The notes beneath the pieces are model-generated. The model made no database searches, was not told where the DNA came from, and saw only the letters and a list, made by a program, of their open reading frames with translations. From Candidatus Eiseniibacteriota bacterium (GTDB lineage: Bacteria; Orphanbacterota; Orphanbacteria; Orphanbacterales; Orphanbacteraceae), in assembly GCA_024276995.1 (NCBI GenBank), contig JAJRWB010000012.1, forward strand, positions 24,173 through 88,172: a stretch of DNA of 64,000 nt, in the 5' to 3' direction. A program made the translations under genes and the position numbers. Positions 10,114 to 20,642 of this stretch are shown piece after piece. Numbering within the stretch: position 1 is the stretch's first letter; each line of letters begins with the position of its first letter.

Positions 10114-11036
10114 ACTCGGGCCGGCAAGAAGGGACGCGGCCGTTCATCGCCGTGCTGATCACCACGAGAAACCGGCGGTCGATCCTGGAAAGGACGCTCT
10201 CCCGTCTCTTTCGGAACGAGCCCCCCCCGGGGGGATTCGAGGTGGTGGTGACCGACGACGGGTCGGAGGACGGGACGGCACCGTTCCTCGCGAAGGTTCA
10301 CCCGCCGGGCCATGTTCGATACCGGTTCGTATCGATCCCTCGCGCCGGCACCGGAACGGGGTTCAACACGGCGGCCGCCGCGGCCGAGGCCGACCATTTC
10401 CTCTTTCTCGGCGACGACGCATTCGTCCCCCGCGATCTCGTGGCGGCGCACGCGCAAAGGTTGCGCGAACTCGACGACCGACGCACCGCGGTCTCGGGGA
10501 GGGTGGAGTGGAGCCGCGACCTTCCGCCGTCCCGCTTCCGCGATTGGCTCGGGAAGGGGATCATTCACCGCCACCCGCCCGGGAGGCGCGCCCGGTTCGC
10601 GCCGGCGCGACATTTCTTCACCCTCAACGCCTCGATCCACCGGTGGTTGTGGGAGAGGGCCGGCGGATTCCCGGAAGATGTGCCGTCGTGGATCGATACG
10701 CTCTTCGCTTTTCGCGCGTCGTCGCACGGCATGAGGCTATTCTACGACCCCGCCGTGGTGGTCGAACACCACCACGCCTGGACGAAGGAGGCGTTTTGCG
10801 CGCGGCGCTACGAGAAGGGGAGGATCGCCGCGCGCCTTCTCGATTCGTCGCCCCGGTTCGCCGACTTCGTCGAAATCCCCCGGCCCGGGAGGTGGAGAAC
10901 CGTCATGAGAACAATGAGCCGGTTCGTCGCGGGACCGGCGGGCGCGCTCGGCGTTCGGGCGGTGGAGGATTGGTGTTTCGCCCATGAAATCAACGGGGCG
11001 TTCGTGAAGGGCTATCTCGAGGCGGGCGGGAAATAG
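10110..11036 (+). CDS. glycosyltransferase family 2
   Basis: VLITTRNR, EVVVTDDGSEDGT, LFLGDD; TTG start after GGAGG. Confidence 0.88.
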   Translation: MNSGRQEGTRPFIAVLITTRNRRSILERTLSRLFRNEPPPGGFEVVVTDDGSEDGTAPFLAKVHPPGHVRYRFVSIPRAGTGTGFNTAAAAAEADHFLFLGDDAFVPRDLVAAHAQRLRELDDRRTAVSGRVEWSRDLPPSRFRDWLGKGIIHRHPPGRRARFAPARHFFTLNASIHRWLWERAGGFPEDVPSWIDTLFAFRASSHGMRLFYDPAVVVEHHHAWTKEAFCARRYEKGRIAARLLDSSPRFADFVEIPRPGRWRTVMRTMSRFVAGPAGALGVRAVEDWCFAHEINGAFVKGYLEAGGK

Positions 11037-12172
11037 TGCGAAAGCGTATCATCATTCTCAGCGACCAGGAAGAGATCACCGGTGGGATGGAAACGGGCCT
11101 GCTCGAGCTCGCCGGGATGATCGACACGGACCGCTTCGACTTGACGGTCGCCGCGCCCGCCGGGGCATTCCTTGAGGAGGCCTCCGCCGTGGCCCGGACC
11201 GTCCGCATTTCCGCGGCGCCCTTCGAGTCGAAAGGCGCCGTCCGGGCACTGCTCCGGCTTCTCCGGGATGGACGGCGAATCGGTCGCGAATTGGCCTCCT
11301 CGCTCGGCGATCCCCCGGTCGACCTCGTGCACACCGGGTCGTTCGGCGCCCACCTTCTCGGCGCCGTCGCCGTCCGCGACCTTCGCGCTTCCCTCGTGTG
11401 GGACGTGGAGGACTTCTACGACCATCCCTTCGAGCGGTTCCTCTTCTCGGCGCTGTCGCGAACGACGAGGGTGAGCGCCTTCTTCCTCGGCCCGGAGACG
11501 GAGGCGCGGTTTCCGGCGGCGAGACTCCTCCGAAGACGCACCGTGCCCGGCGGCGTCGACGCGGAGCGCTTTTCCCCGGGCGGCGAGGGTTCCACCGTGC
11601 GCGCCGAGCTGGAGATCCCCCCCGGCGCGGAGGTGGTCGGGTTTCTCGGACAGCTGATTCCGAGGAAGCGCCCCGCCGAGCTGATCGAAGCCGCGGCGGA
11701 CCTGCGCCGGCTTCGCCCGTCGCTCCACCTGGTCATCGCGGGGGGCGACTCTCCCCGGTTCGTGCGGTACGCCGCCGACCTGCGGACCCTCGCGGAGCGG
11801 GCGGGGCGGTGGGTGCACCTGGCGGGACGGCGAGGGGACATGGAGAGGGTGCTGCGCGCCATGGACGTTCTCGTCTTTCCCAGCCGGATCGAGCCTTTCG
11901 GGCGCGTGATGCTCGAAGCGCTCGCCGCCGGCGTCCCGGTGGTCGCGCCTCCCTCGTCGGGCGCCGCGCTCTCCGTGGGAAGGGGGCTGTTCGTGAGCGC
12001 CGGCGACCGATCCGTCGCGGGGCTCGTGGAGGCGATCGCGTCGCTCCTTGCCGATGCCGACAGGCGCCGTCGTCTCGCCGAAGCGGGGCGACGGGTGGTA
12101 AGGGAGAAGTTCTCCGCCGTCGCGAGGGCCCGCAATGTGGAATTGTTTTATGAGGAAGTCATCGATGGCTGA
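11036..12172 (+). CDS. glycosyltransferase family 4
   Basis: GQLIPRKR, DVLVFPSRIEPFGRVMLEALAAGVPVV (E-x7-E). Confidence 0.9.
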   Translation: MRKRIIILSDQEEITGGMETGLLELAGMIDTDRFDLTVAAPAGAFLEEASAVARTVRISAAPFESKGAVRALLRLLRDGRRIGRELASSLGDPPVDLVHTGSFGAHLLGAVAVRDLRASLVWDVEDFYDHPFERFLFSALSRTTRVSAFFLGPETEARFPAARLLRRRTVPGGVDAERFSPGGEGSTVRAELEIPPGAEVVGFLGQLIPRKRPAELIEAAADLRRLRPSLHLVIAGGDSPRFVRYAADLRTLAERAGRWVHLAGRRGDMERVLRAMDVLVFPSRIEPFGRVMLEALAAGVPVVAPPSSGAALSVGRGLFVSAGDRSVAGLVEAIASLLADADRRRRLAEAGRRVVREKFSAVARARNVELFYEEVIDG

Positions 12173-13349
12173 TTCTCTTCGAATCGCGGTGCACCACAAT
12201 CTCGCCGAGGGAGGCGCCCTTCGGGCGCTCCGGCAATTCGTCTCCGCGCTGGAGGCCCGGCACTACGTGACGTGGGCGCTCCTCGACGGGAGGGGGAAGA
12301 GGGTTGGGATTCATTCGGATGCGAAGTTTCTTTCGCTTCCCGGAGACGGCACGCTCCACTACCTTCACAAGGTCGCCGACCTGTGGAATCTCCGCGAGGC
12401 GGACCGGGCGGCGCGGCGTCTCGCGCAGGCGATCGACGCCGGCGGCTTCGACATCGTGTTTCTCCACCCCTGCCGCTTCGGCCAGGCGCCCTCCCTGCTC
12501 CGGTACGTGAGAACGCCGTCGATCTACTACTGTAATGAACCGCTCCGGCTCTACCGGGAGGCGATTCCCTTCGAGGATGGTGCTTCGCGCGCCCTCGCTT
12601 TCCGTGCGGGACGGGCCATCTTCGCGCCCGTGGGCAGGATGTTGAACCGCCGGGACCGCTTCCTCGCCCGCCGGGCGTCGCTCCTGTTGACGAACAGCAC
12701 TTTCTCGGCACGTGCCGTCGAGGATGCGTATCGCCGCGAAGCGGTGGTGGTCTCCCCGGGCGTCGACACAGACTCCTTTCATCCCGGCGGGAAAACCGAT
12801 CGGCCCCCTTACCTGCTTTCCGTCGGAAAACTCGTCGAGAGGAAGGGACACTACCTGGCCGTCCGGTTCGTCGCCGCTCTTCCACCGGCGAGGCGCCTTC
12901 CGCTCGTGGTGGCCGGCTTCCCCGCGGGGCGGCCGTTTCGAAAGCGTCTCGCGGCGCTCGCCGCGGATAGGGGCGTCGATTTGAGGATCCGGACGAACGT
13001 TGACGACGGGGAGCTGGCCGACCTTTACAGGAACGCGCGGCTTACGTTTTCTCTCTCCCGCGGCGAACCGCTCGGCCTGGCGGCGCTCGAATCGCAGGCG
13101 TGCGGCACACCCGTCGTCGCCCTCGACGAAGGAGGACACCGCGAGACGGTGGCCGCCGGCGTCACGGGGGTTCTCGTCGATGCCGACCCGGCGCGGTCCG
13201 CCGGCGAAATCGGCGCGCTACTCGGCGACCGTTCCCGCCTTTTCGCCATGGGAAAGGCGGGGAGGAGGATGATGGAAGAGAAGTGGAGTGTCGCCGCGGC
13301 CGGAAGTCGGCTGCTGGCGGAAGTGGAGAGGTTCGTCGATGAGAACTGA
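12165..13349 (+). CDS. glycosyltransferase family 4
   Basis: VGKLVERKGH, EPLGLAALESQACGTPVV. Confidence 0.9.
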   Translation: MADSLRIAVHHNLAEGGALRALRQFVSALEARHYVTWALLDGRGKRVGIHSDAKFLSLPGDGTLHYLHKVADLWNLREADRAARRLAQAIDAGGFDIVFLHPCRFGQAPSLLRYVRTPSIYYCNEPLRLYREAIPFEDGASRALAFRAGRAIFAPVGRMLNRRDRFLARRASLLLTNSTFSARAVEDAYRREAVVVSPGVDTDSFHPGGKTDRPPYLLSVGKLVERKGHYLAVRFVAALPPARRLPLVVAGFPAGRPFRKRLAALAADRGVDLRIRTNVDDGELADLYRNARLTFSLSRGEPLGLAALESQACGTPVVALDEGGHRETVAAGVTGVLVDADPARSAGEIGALLGDRSRLFAMGKAGRRMMEEKWSVAAAGSRLLAEVERFVDEN

Positions 13350-14307
13350 CCCTCGTGTCGAAGTGGTGGTGGTCAATCGGAACGGCCGCCCTCACCTGGC
13401 GAAATGCCTGCGCTCTCTCCGGGACCAGGAGTACGGTCGTTTCGGCGTGGTCGTGGTGGACAACGATTCGAGCGACGGGTCGAGGGAAGAGGTGGCCCGC
13501 GACTTTCCCGAATTCAGGCGGATCCACCTCGGGCGCAACCGCGGTTTCGGTGCGGCGGTGAACGCCGGTTTCGCATCGGTCGACGCGGATTACTACGCCC
13601 TCCTCAACAGCGACGCCGAGGCGCCGAGGAACTGGATCCGTGCGCTGGTCGAAGAAGCGGCGAAGAGGCGCGGCATCGGCATGGTGGCGTGCGACATCGT
13701 CGAGGGAGGCGCCGGTGGGGGGCGCGTCTCATCGGGGCTCACGGTGAGCCGCGACGGCTTCGCCCTTCTTCGGTGGAACGATCTCGAAGACGCGCCCCTC
13801 CTCGGGCCGAGCGGCGCGGCGGCCCTCTACGCGGCGCCCCTCATCGACGGCACCGGCGGGTTCGAAGAGAACTACTTCCTGTACTACGAAGACGCCGACC
13901 TCGCTATGCGCGCCCGTCTTCTCGGCTGGGAGTGCGCCCACGCCGCGTCCGCGCCCGTTCGCCACGTCCATTCCGCCTCGGCCGGAAAGGATCGACGCGG
14001 GAAGAGAAGGCTTCTCCACCGGAATCGTCTCGAGTTCATCGCCCGATGCTGGCCGCGCCCCCTTCTTCTCGCCCACGCGCACTGGATCGTCCTGGGCGAG
14101 GCGGGGGCCCTCGCCTACTCTCTCCTGCGCGCTCGCCCGGTTGAGTTCGCCCGGAACCTCGCCGATCTCGCCGCCGTCGCGATCCGGCTTCCGGCGCTTC
14201 GCCGCCGCGCCGCTTCGATCCCCGTCCGTGCCGCGCCGCCGCGACTCTGGCCGCGGAGCGGCGGGATTTCCATCCTTCGCCGACGACTCCCGGGGAGGAA
14301 ACCGTGA
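13339..14307 (+). CDS. glycosyltransferase family 2 (WbbL/rhamnosyltransferase-like)
   Basis: VVVDNDSSDGS, NRGFGAAVN, LLNSDA, GFEENYFLYYEDADL. Confidence 0.88.
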   Translation: MRTDPRVEVVVVNRNGRPHLAKCLRSLRDQEYGRFGVVVVDNDSSDGSREEVARDFPEFRRIHLGRNRGFGAAVNAGFASVDADYYALLNSDAEAPRNWIRALVEEAAKRRGIGMVACDIVEGGAGGGRVSSGLTVSRDGFALLRWNDLEDAPLLGPSGAAALYAAPLIDGTGGFEENYFLYYEDADLAMRARLLGWECAHAASAPVRHVHSASAGKDRRGKRRLLHRNRLEFIARCWPRPLLLAHAHWIVLGEAGALAYSLLRARPVEFARNLADLAAVAIRLPALRRRAASIPVRAAPPRLWPRSGGISILRRRLPGRKP

Positions 14308-15272
14308 GGATCCTTTTCGTAACCGCAAAGGGCCGGCCGATCACCGGGGCATCGATCTATGCGCGACTCGTGATCGAGCATGTCCTTCCCGCGGTGGACG
14401 GCGCCGTCTATGCGAAGCCCCGCGACCTCGACGACAGGTGGGACGCGATCCATGTTCTCGACGGGAAGCGGATCCCCCGCCCGGTTTGGAAAAGAGGCGG
14501 GGACAATCTGATCCTCGACGTCCACGATCATTACTGGTGCTCCCCACCGGATTTCCCAGCCCCCGACCGGGCGCTCCGGCTCCTCGCGCAGAAGATCCGC
14601 AAGCGGCATTTCGAGAAGGTTCTCGGCAGGGCCGGCCGGGTGATCGTACATTCCGACGCCGTGGCGGCCGCCCTCTCCCATCGGTCGGTGCTGAAGGTGA
14701 ATCTCGGTGTTCCCATCCCCTCCGGGCGTCGCGCGGAAGAGAAGAAAAGGCACGCGATCCTGCTCGCCGGGAGAGACCTCTTTCGAAAAGGGGTGGTCCC
14801 TCTCTTCGACGCGCTTCGGATCGCCCTCGACGCGGTTCCCTCGCTCGAACTGCTCCTCGCGGGGAAGGAGTACCCCCACGCTCTCGCCGGGGCGAAGCTC
14901 CTTTCGGCGCACCTTCCGGTGCGTTTTCTCGGCGAACGGACGCCCGAGGAGATGGATACGCTCTACGAAGAGGTGGCCGGCGTGGTTCTCCCATCCTGGA
15001 TCGAGGCGTTCGGCATGACGATCCTCGAGGCGATGGCTCGGCGTGTCCCGGTGATCGCCACCGACTGCGGGGGGCCGGCGGAAGTCGTCCGGCACCGCGT
15101 GACGGGACAGCTCGTTCCCCCGGGCGATTCCCGCGCACTGGCGGAGGCGATGGTCACCCTCTTTCGCGAGAAACGGCTCGTTGCCTCCTGGGCGGAAGCG
15201 GGTCGCGATCTTGTCGCCCGCCGCCATTCGATCGACGCTATGGTCTCCGGCATGATCGAAGCGTATTGCTGA
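14304..15272 (+). CDS. glycosyltransferase family 4
   Basis: FRKGV, VLPSWIEAFGMTILEAMARRVPVIATDCGG. Confidence 0.88.
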   Translation: MRILFVTAKGRPITGASIYARLVIEHVLPAVDGAVYAKPRDLDDRWDAIHVLDGKRIPRPVWKRGGDNLILDVHDHYWCSPPDFPAPDRALRLLAQKIRKRHFEKVLGRAGRVIVHSDAVAAALSHRSVLKVNLGVPIPSGRRAEEKKRHAILLAGRDLFRKGVVPLFDALRIALDAVPSLELLLAGKEYPHALAGAKLLSAHLPVRFLGERTPEEMDTLYEEVAGVVLPSWIEAFGMTILEAMARRVPVIATDCGGPAEVVRHRVTGQLVPPGDSRALAEAMVTLFREKRLVASWAEAGRDLVARRHSIDAMVSGMIEAYC

Positions 15273-15308
15273 CCGCCCGTCGGGATCGGAACGGCGGGAA
15301 GAGCGGAA

Positions 15309-15337
15309 GTGCAATGCGGGGGCTCGTCGGGTATAAT
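15309..15337 (+). promoter_or_regulatory. possible internal sigma70 promoter
   Basis: GTGCAA-N17-TATAAT in the 100-nt gap before the next GT4. Confidence 0.45.
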
Positions 15338-15372
15338 CCGTCATCCGACCGACCGGCCGGCCCGGAGGGGTT

Positions 15373-16584
15373 ATGAAGATACTCATGGTGGCGCCGACTC
15401 CGTTCTTCGCGAACAGGGGGTGCCATATCCGCATCTTGAGCGAGATCCGCGCCCTCCAGGGGCTCGGGCATGCCGTGTCGGTGGTGACCTACCATATCGG
15501 CGAAACGCCCGACGGCGTCGACGCCTACAGGATTCCACCTGTTCCCTGGTACGGGAAGCTCGAAGCGGGGCCCTCCTGGCGAAAGCCCTTTCTCGATATC
15601 CTGTTGATTCTCCGAACATGGGCGGTGGCGCGAAAACTCCGCCCCGACATTCTTTACGGCCATCTCCACGAGGGCGCATTCGTGGCGGACATGGCGCGTC
15701 TCCTTCTGCGCCGGCCGATACCGCTCCTTTTCGATGTGCAAGACAGCCTCACCGCGGAGCTGAGGTCGTACCGGTTCGTCCGGACCGGTTCCTTCGCGGA
15801 GCGGATCTTCCTGAAACTCGAGCGGTGGATCTGCAGCCGGGCGGATCACCTCGTTTGCAGCTCCCCCTCGAGCGCGGAGCTGATCCGAAACGAATTCAAC
15901 GCGGACAGATCCCGGGTGGAAACGATGGAAGACGGCGTCGACCGGAAACATTTCGCCGTGGCGAAAAGGAACGGTCTCCGGAAGAAACTCCGGATTCCGG
16001 AAGGCAAGAAGGTGGTGATCTACTCGGGGGCCCTGCTCAAGGTGAAGGGCGTCGACTTTCTTTTCGATGCCATCGAGCGGGTGTCCGCCAAGCGGGAGGA
16101 TGTCCACTTCCTGCTCGTCGGTTACCCGGTGGAAGAGTCGAAGGAGAGGATCGCCGCCCTCGGCCTGCTCGATAAGGTCACCTTCACCGGCGTCGTGCCC
16201 TACGGGGATCTTCCGGATTACCTCGCGCTCGGCGATTTGGCGGTAGACCCGAAGATCGATCTCGCCTCGGAGTCGAGCGCCAAGATCGTCTTCTACATGG
16301 CGTCCGGCCTGCCGGTGGTCGGCTTCGATACTCCGGTTACACGGTCGTATCTGGGCGATGCCGGCGTCTACGCGCTCTCCGGTTCGCCCGAGGACCTGGC
16401 GGCGAAGATTCTCTCCGTCATCGACTCCCCGCGCCTCGCGGATTCGATGCGGCGTGAAGCGAAAAGAAGGGTGTGGGAGCGCTTCGACTGGGAGCGGAAC
16501 ATCCGGATCGTCGAGAGATCGCTCCGCCGTCTCGTCGAAGTTCCCGGATCGGCGGAGGGCGATCTTGCGCCGCCCGAGCCTTAA
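15373..16584 (+). CDS. glycosyltransferase family 4
   Basis: MKILMVAPTPFF, YSGALLKVKGVD, KIVFYMASGLPVV. Confidence 0.88.
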   Translation: MKILMVAPTPFFANRGCHIRILSEIRALQGLGHAVSVVTYHIGETPDGVDAYRIPPVPWYGKLEAGPSWRKPFLDILLILRTWAVARKLRPDILYGHLHEGAFVADMARLLLRRPIPLLFDVQDSLTAELRSYRFVRTGSFAERIFLKLERWICSRADHLVCSSPSSAELIRNEFNADRSRVETMEDGVDRKHFAVAKRNGLRKKLRIPEGKKVVIYSGALLKVKGVDFLFDAIERVSAKREDVHFLLVGYPVEESKERIAALGLLDKVTFTGVVPYGDLPDYLALGDLAVDPKIDLASESSAKIVFYMASGLPVVGFDTPVTRSYLGDAGVYALSGSPEDLAAKILSVIDSPRLADSMRREAKRRVWERFDWERNIRIVERSLRRLVEVPGSAEGDLAPPEP

Positions 16585-18502
16585 CCGGCGGTTCGCGTTG
16601 CCCCTTCTGGTCGTCGCCGCGGTCTTCGCGGCTCATGGCGTGTCCCTCCGAAACGGTTTCGTCTACGACGATGTCGATCTCGTGGTTCACCGGACGTCCG
16701 GTTCCGGGGAGCCGGGCCTGCGCACATTCGATCCCGACGAACGACCGGTGCGACGGATCACGCTCATCGTCGACAAGGCACTCTGGGGGATGCGCCCGGC
16801 GGGATACCACCTGACGAACGTGATTCTCCATGCGGTGTGCTCCCTTCTCGTATTCCTCGTGGGCGCCCGGATCTCGTCCCGGAGCGCGGGAGCGGTCGGT
16901 GCACTGCTCTTCGCCGTGCACCCGATCGCAACGGAGTCGGTGGCCTGCATCACCCATAGGAAAGAGATGCTCGCCGCCGGGTTTCTCATGGGAGGATATC
17001 TCGTATTCTTTCGGAAGCCGGAGCGGTGGGCGAATCGTGTCGGCGCGGCGGCGCTCTATGCGCTCGGCCTGTTTTCGAAGGCGTCCGCGGGAACGCTGCC
17101 TCTCCTCGCGGCCGTCACGGAATGGATTCGTGGCGAGTGGGATCTGCGACGCCTTATGAAATATGCGCCCCTGCTCCTGCCGGCGGTTCTCTTCCTGGCG
17201 GTGAAATCGAGCGCGCTGCACGACTACAGCCGCTCCCGTGTCGGAGGAAGGTCGTATTACCAGAGATTCAACCCGGAGTTGGGGGGAGAGGCTTCGTACG
17301 ACGCCGTGCTGGTGAACGCCGCGGCGGCGCAGGGGATGGCGTTCCGCTACTTCCTTTGGCCGATCCCTCTTTGCGCGGAGCACACGATTCCAGAAAGCCC
17401 CGCCGTGCGCGCGGCATGGGCCGTGACGGCGCTCGCCGGAATCACGTTTCTCCTCTTCCTGGTCGCAAGGTTCCGGCGCCGCCGGCCGGGCGCGGCGATC
17501 GCCGCCGCCTGGATGCTGATCACGCCCCTTCCGACGTCGAACCTCGTCCCGGTGACATTCTTCTTCGCCGAACGATACCTTTATATTCCCCTCGCCGGCT
17601 TCTGCTGGCTCGTGGGAATCGGCGTCGCGGCGGCGGCGGCGCTTCCCATGCCGGAGGGGACGCGCCGCGCCGGCCGGTTCGCGCTTATCTTGCTCCTGCT
17701 CGCCGCGACCCTTCTCTCCGCCTCGAGAACCGTCCGCTGGAAGGACAATGAAACGCTTCTCGCCGCGACTCTCGAGACGAACCGCGGGGCGCCGAACGCC
17801 GGCTATTATATGGCGGGTATCCTCGCCGAAGAGGGGAGGAGGGACGAAGCGGTTCGTCTTCTCCGTTCCGTGATGAAGCGATGCCCCGAAAGTCCGGTGA
17901 TCCATGCGAAAATGGGATCGATCTTCTGGGATGCGGGGGAGCTCGACTCTTCCCTCGTTCATCTCGAGCGGGCGGCGTTGCTCCGCCCCGGATGGGGAAG
18001 GGTGCTCGGCGATATCGGAACGCTCTACTGCAGGAAAGGGGATTTCCAAACCGGTGTGGCGAAGCTGAAAGAGGCGCTCGCCGCGAAAAACGACCTGACC
18101 TCGGCGCGCTATAATTTAGGCTTGGCCTATCTTCGCACCGGCAGGGAGGATGAGGCGCGCGAGGAACTTCGCACCGCCTGGAACTCGAAACCGGACGACC
18201 CTTCGATCGCCCAGGCATTGGCGGAGGCGTCTCTTCTTTCGGGACGGCCCGACGCGGCGGCGGTGGTGTTGGACGATCTTCTTCGGCACTCGCCGGACGA
18301 TAATTCGGCCCTGTGGGGCGCCGCGCGGGCGCGGCTCGCCATGGGGGACACCGCGGCATGCCAGGAAAGGCTTGGCGCCATGCTTTCCTCCTCCGCCCCC
18401 GATACCCTCCTCGCCCGCGAAGCGAGAAAGCTTCTCACCGCTCTTCGCGAGGCGTCGCCGGCGTCCGGCGGCGCGGGGGCCGAAAGGGAGGTGATGAGAT
18501 GA
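16565..18502 (+). CDS. TMTC-like GT-C membrane glycosyltransferase with C-terminal TPRs
   Basis: NGFVYDD, RPV, YHLTNVILH, LLFAVHPIATESVA, FAERYLYIP, WKDNETL, then TPRs; TTG start with GGAGG SD. Confidence 0.85.
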   Translation: MRRPSLNRRFALPLLVVAAVFAAHGVSLRNGFVYDDVDLVVHRTSGSGEPGLRTFDPDERPVRRITLIVDKALWGMRPAGYHLTNVILHAVCSLLVFLVGARISSRSAGAVGALLFAVHPIATESVACITHRKEMLAAGFLMGGYLVFFRKPERWANRVGAAALYALGLFSKASAGTLPLLAAVTEWIRGEWDLRRLMKYAPLLLPAVLFLAVKSSALHDYSRSRVGGRSYYQRFNPELGGEASYDAVLVNAAAAQGMAFRYFLWPIPLCAEHTIPESPAVRAAWAVTALAGITFLLFLVARFRRRRPGAAIAAAWMLITPLPTSNLVPVTFFFAERYLYIPLAGFCWLVGIGVAAAAALPMPEGTRRAGRFALILLLLAATLLSASRTVRWKDNETLLAATLETNRGAPNAGYYMAGILAEEGRRDEAVRLLRSVMKRCPESPVIHAKMGSIFWDAGELDSSLVHLERAALLRPGWGRVLGDIGTLYCRKGDFQTGVAKLKEALAAKNDLTSARYNLGLAYLRTGREDEAREELRTAWNSKPDDPSIAQALAEASLLSGRPDAAAVVLDDLLRHSPDDNSALWGAARARLAMGDTAACQERLGAMLSSSAPDTLLAREARKLLTALREASPASGGAGAEREVMR

Positions 18503-20610
18503 ACCTTCCCGTCTCCGAAGAGAGGGGGGGGTGCCGGAAGAGTTCGGTGCTCCTTTCCGGGGCGTATCTCGGATTCTGCTGGGGACTTTTTTCATGGGCG
18601 GCGGTGTCCGCGGTTCAATGTCCGCCCGTTTTCATGGGAGTGCTCGAAACCCTTCTCACCGTCATCCTCTGGGCGGGCATCGCGCATATTGTCGCGTGCA
18701 TCGTGGAGGCGATCCGTCTTCCCGGAGATCGCGAGACGCTCTCGCTGGCCGCGACGGCGGGGGTCTTCGTTTTCGCCTACACCAACTATCTGCTACATCC
18801 ATATCTGATCGCCGGCGTCTATCTCCTCTCTCGCCCCGGTTTTCTGATCAGCGCGGCGATGCTCGTTCTGTTCTTGCCGCCCGCCCTTCTTCTTCGCGGC
18901 GGACGGCTGGGGCGCGCGGAGGAGCTTCGGAAAAGACTCTTCTTTCCGCCCGTCGCCATGGGTTTCCTCTTCGTTTTCGGCCGGTGCATCCTCGCCTCGA
19001 TGCTTCCCGGGAGCGGGCGGCTGCCGATCGCCTTCGCATCGGCGTTCCTCCTCTTCTTTCTCACGGCGATCGTGTTTCGGAAGGGGATGGGGGGCGCGCC
19101 GTGGAGCGTCTTGCGCGTCCTCGTTCCGGCGGTGCTGATCGCCGTCATCATGGGAGGAAGCGTGATCCACGGCTTCGACCGTTTCCTCCGGCGGTCGATG
19201 GAGTCGGCGGGGCGTTATCCCGCTTCGCCGTCCCCGCCGGTGATCTTGATCTCCCTCGACACGGTCCGGCCGGACCATCTCTCCTTGTACGGGTACCGTT
19301 TCGACACCACCCCGAGGCTCGTCGAATTCGCCTCGTCCGCCGTGACGTACGACCAAGCGTACTCCGTTTCGAGCTGGACCCTTCCCGCACACGCGTCGAT
19401 CTATACGGGTGTCTACCCGCGGGAGCACGGGGCCCACTATCCGCCGGGAGCGCGGCCCGGTGTGGTGCCCGGTGAAATCGACCGTACGCTTCCGACTCTT
19501 GCGCAGGTGATGAGCGCGCAGGGCTACCACACCGCCGCGATCGCCGCGAACCGGCTCGCCGTGTCGCCGGAGTACGGCCTTGAGAGGGGATTCGACGATC
19601 TCCTCGTCGCGAGACGGCTGACCGATAAGCCGATGCCCTTCACCACGCTCAAGGCGCTCGGAAGGCTCGTCCGTATTCCCTCGATCCGCCGCATCATGAG
19701 AGAGCACGACGACGCGGCGACCATCACCGACCGTGCGCTCGCGTGGGTCGAGAGGTGCGGCGGAAAGGACCGGCCTTTTTTCCTCTTCCTGAACTATATC
19801 GATCCCCATACTCCATACGCCGCTCCGGCGCGATACGATGTGTGGGGGGCGAGAAGATCGTGGCGGGAGCGGTTTCGCGAGATCGTGCTTCTCGGGTACG
19901 AAACGAAATCGAGCGGTATCGATCTCGATGAAACCGATCGGGCGATTCTCGATCGGCACTATGACCGGGAGATTTCGTATCTCGACCATGAACTCGGGAG
20001 ACTTTTCGCCGGCTTCGAAGAATCGGGCCTCCTCGACAGGGCGTGGATCGTGATCGTTTCCGATCATGGGGAATTCCTGGGGGAACATCATCGCCGGAAT
20101 CACGGAAAGGCGTTGTACGAAGAAGTGACCCGCGCGGTTCTCATCGTCCGCCCCCCGGGCGGTGTCGAGGGAGGGGGGAGGAGAGAGGTGCGGCTCGCGT
20201 CCACGCTCGAAATCCCGAGACTCATCGCCGAGGCGGTCGGCTTCGCTCCGCCGCGCGGCATGGTCCGGCACCGTCCCGATCAGAGCGGCTTCGTGATCTG
20301 CGAGAAGTACCTCACCCATCGATATCGCCGCTACCTGGACCGCGACGACGTCGGTCGCCTCCGGGCGGTGTTGATGGGAGGGTGGAAGTGGATCGTCGCC
20401 GACCCTGGGGGAACGGAAGAACTCTATCATCTCGTCGATGACGGCGACGAGTCGGTGAACCGGGCCGAAGGCGAGAGCGGAATCCGGAACGCCATGAGAG
20501 CCCGCTATGCCGCGTGGCTCGAGGGAACGGTTTCGCCGTTCCCGGACGGCGGCGTAGGAAGAGACCAAGAGAAGAAGGACGCGCTGCGCGCTCTCGGCTA
20601 TCTCGACTGA
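18499..20610 (+). CDS. membrane-anchored sulfatase-like (alkaline phosphatase superfamily) enzyme
   Basis: Several N-terminal TM helices; ISLDTVRPDHL, SWTLPAHASIYTG, DPHTPY, SDHGE, C-terminal LRALGYLD. Confidence 0.85.
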   Translation: MNLPVSEERGGCRKSSVLLSGAYLGFCWGLFSWAAVSAVQCPPVFMGVLETLLTVILWAGIAHIVACIVEAIRLPGDRETLSLAATAGVFVFAYTNYLLHPYLIAGVYLLSRPGFLISAAMLVLFLPPALLLRGGRLGRAEELRKRLFFPPVAMGFLFVFGRCILASMLPGSGRLPIAFASAFLLFFLTAIVFRKGMGGAPWSVLRVLVPAVLIAVIMGGSVIHGFDRFLRRSMESAGRYPASPSPPVILISLDTVRPDHLSLYGYRFDTTPRLVEFASSAVTYDQAYSVSSWTLPAHASIYTGVYPREHGAHYPPGARPGVVPGEIDRTLPTLAQVMSAQGYHTAAIAANRLAVSPEYGLERGFDDLLVARRLTDKPMPFTTLKALGRLVRIPSIRRIMREHDDAATITDRALAWVERCGGKDRPFFLFLNYIDPHTPYAAPARYDVWGARRSWRERFREIVLLGYETKSSGIDLDETDRAILDRHYDREISYLDHELGRLFAGFEESGLLDRAWIVIVSDHGEFLGEHHRRNHGKALYEEVTRAVLIVRPPGGVEGGGRREVRLASTLEIPRLIAEAVGFAPPRGMVRHRPDQSGFVICEKYLTHRYRRYLDRDDVGRLRAVLMGGWKWIVADPGGTEELYHLVDDGDESVNRAEGESGIRNAMRARYAAWLEGTVSPFPDGGVGRDQEKKDALRALGYLD

Positions 20611-20642
20611 AGGCGCGCACCCGTTCGGAGGATTCGGCCGGG

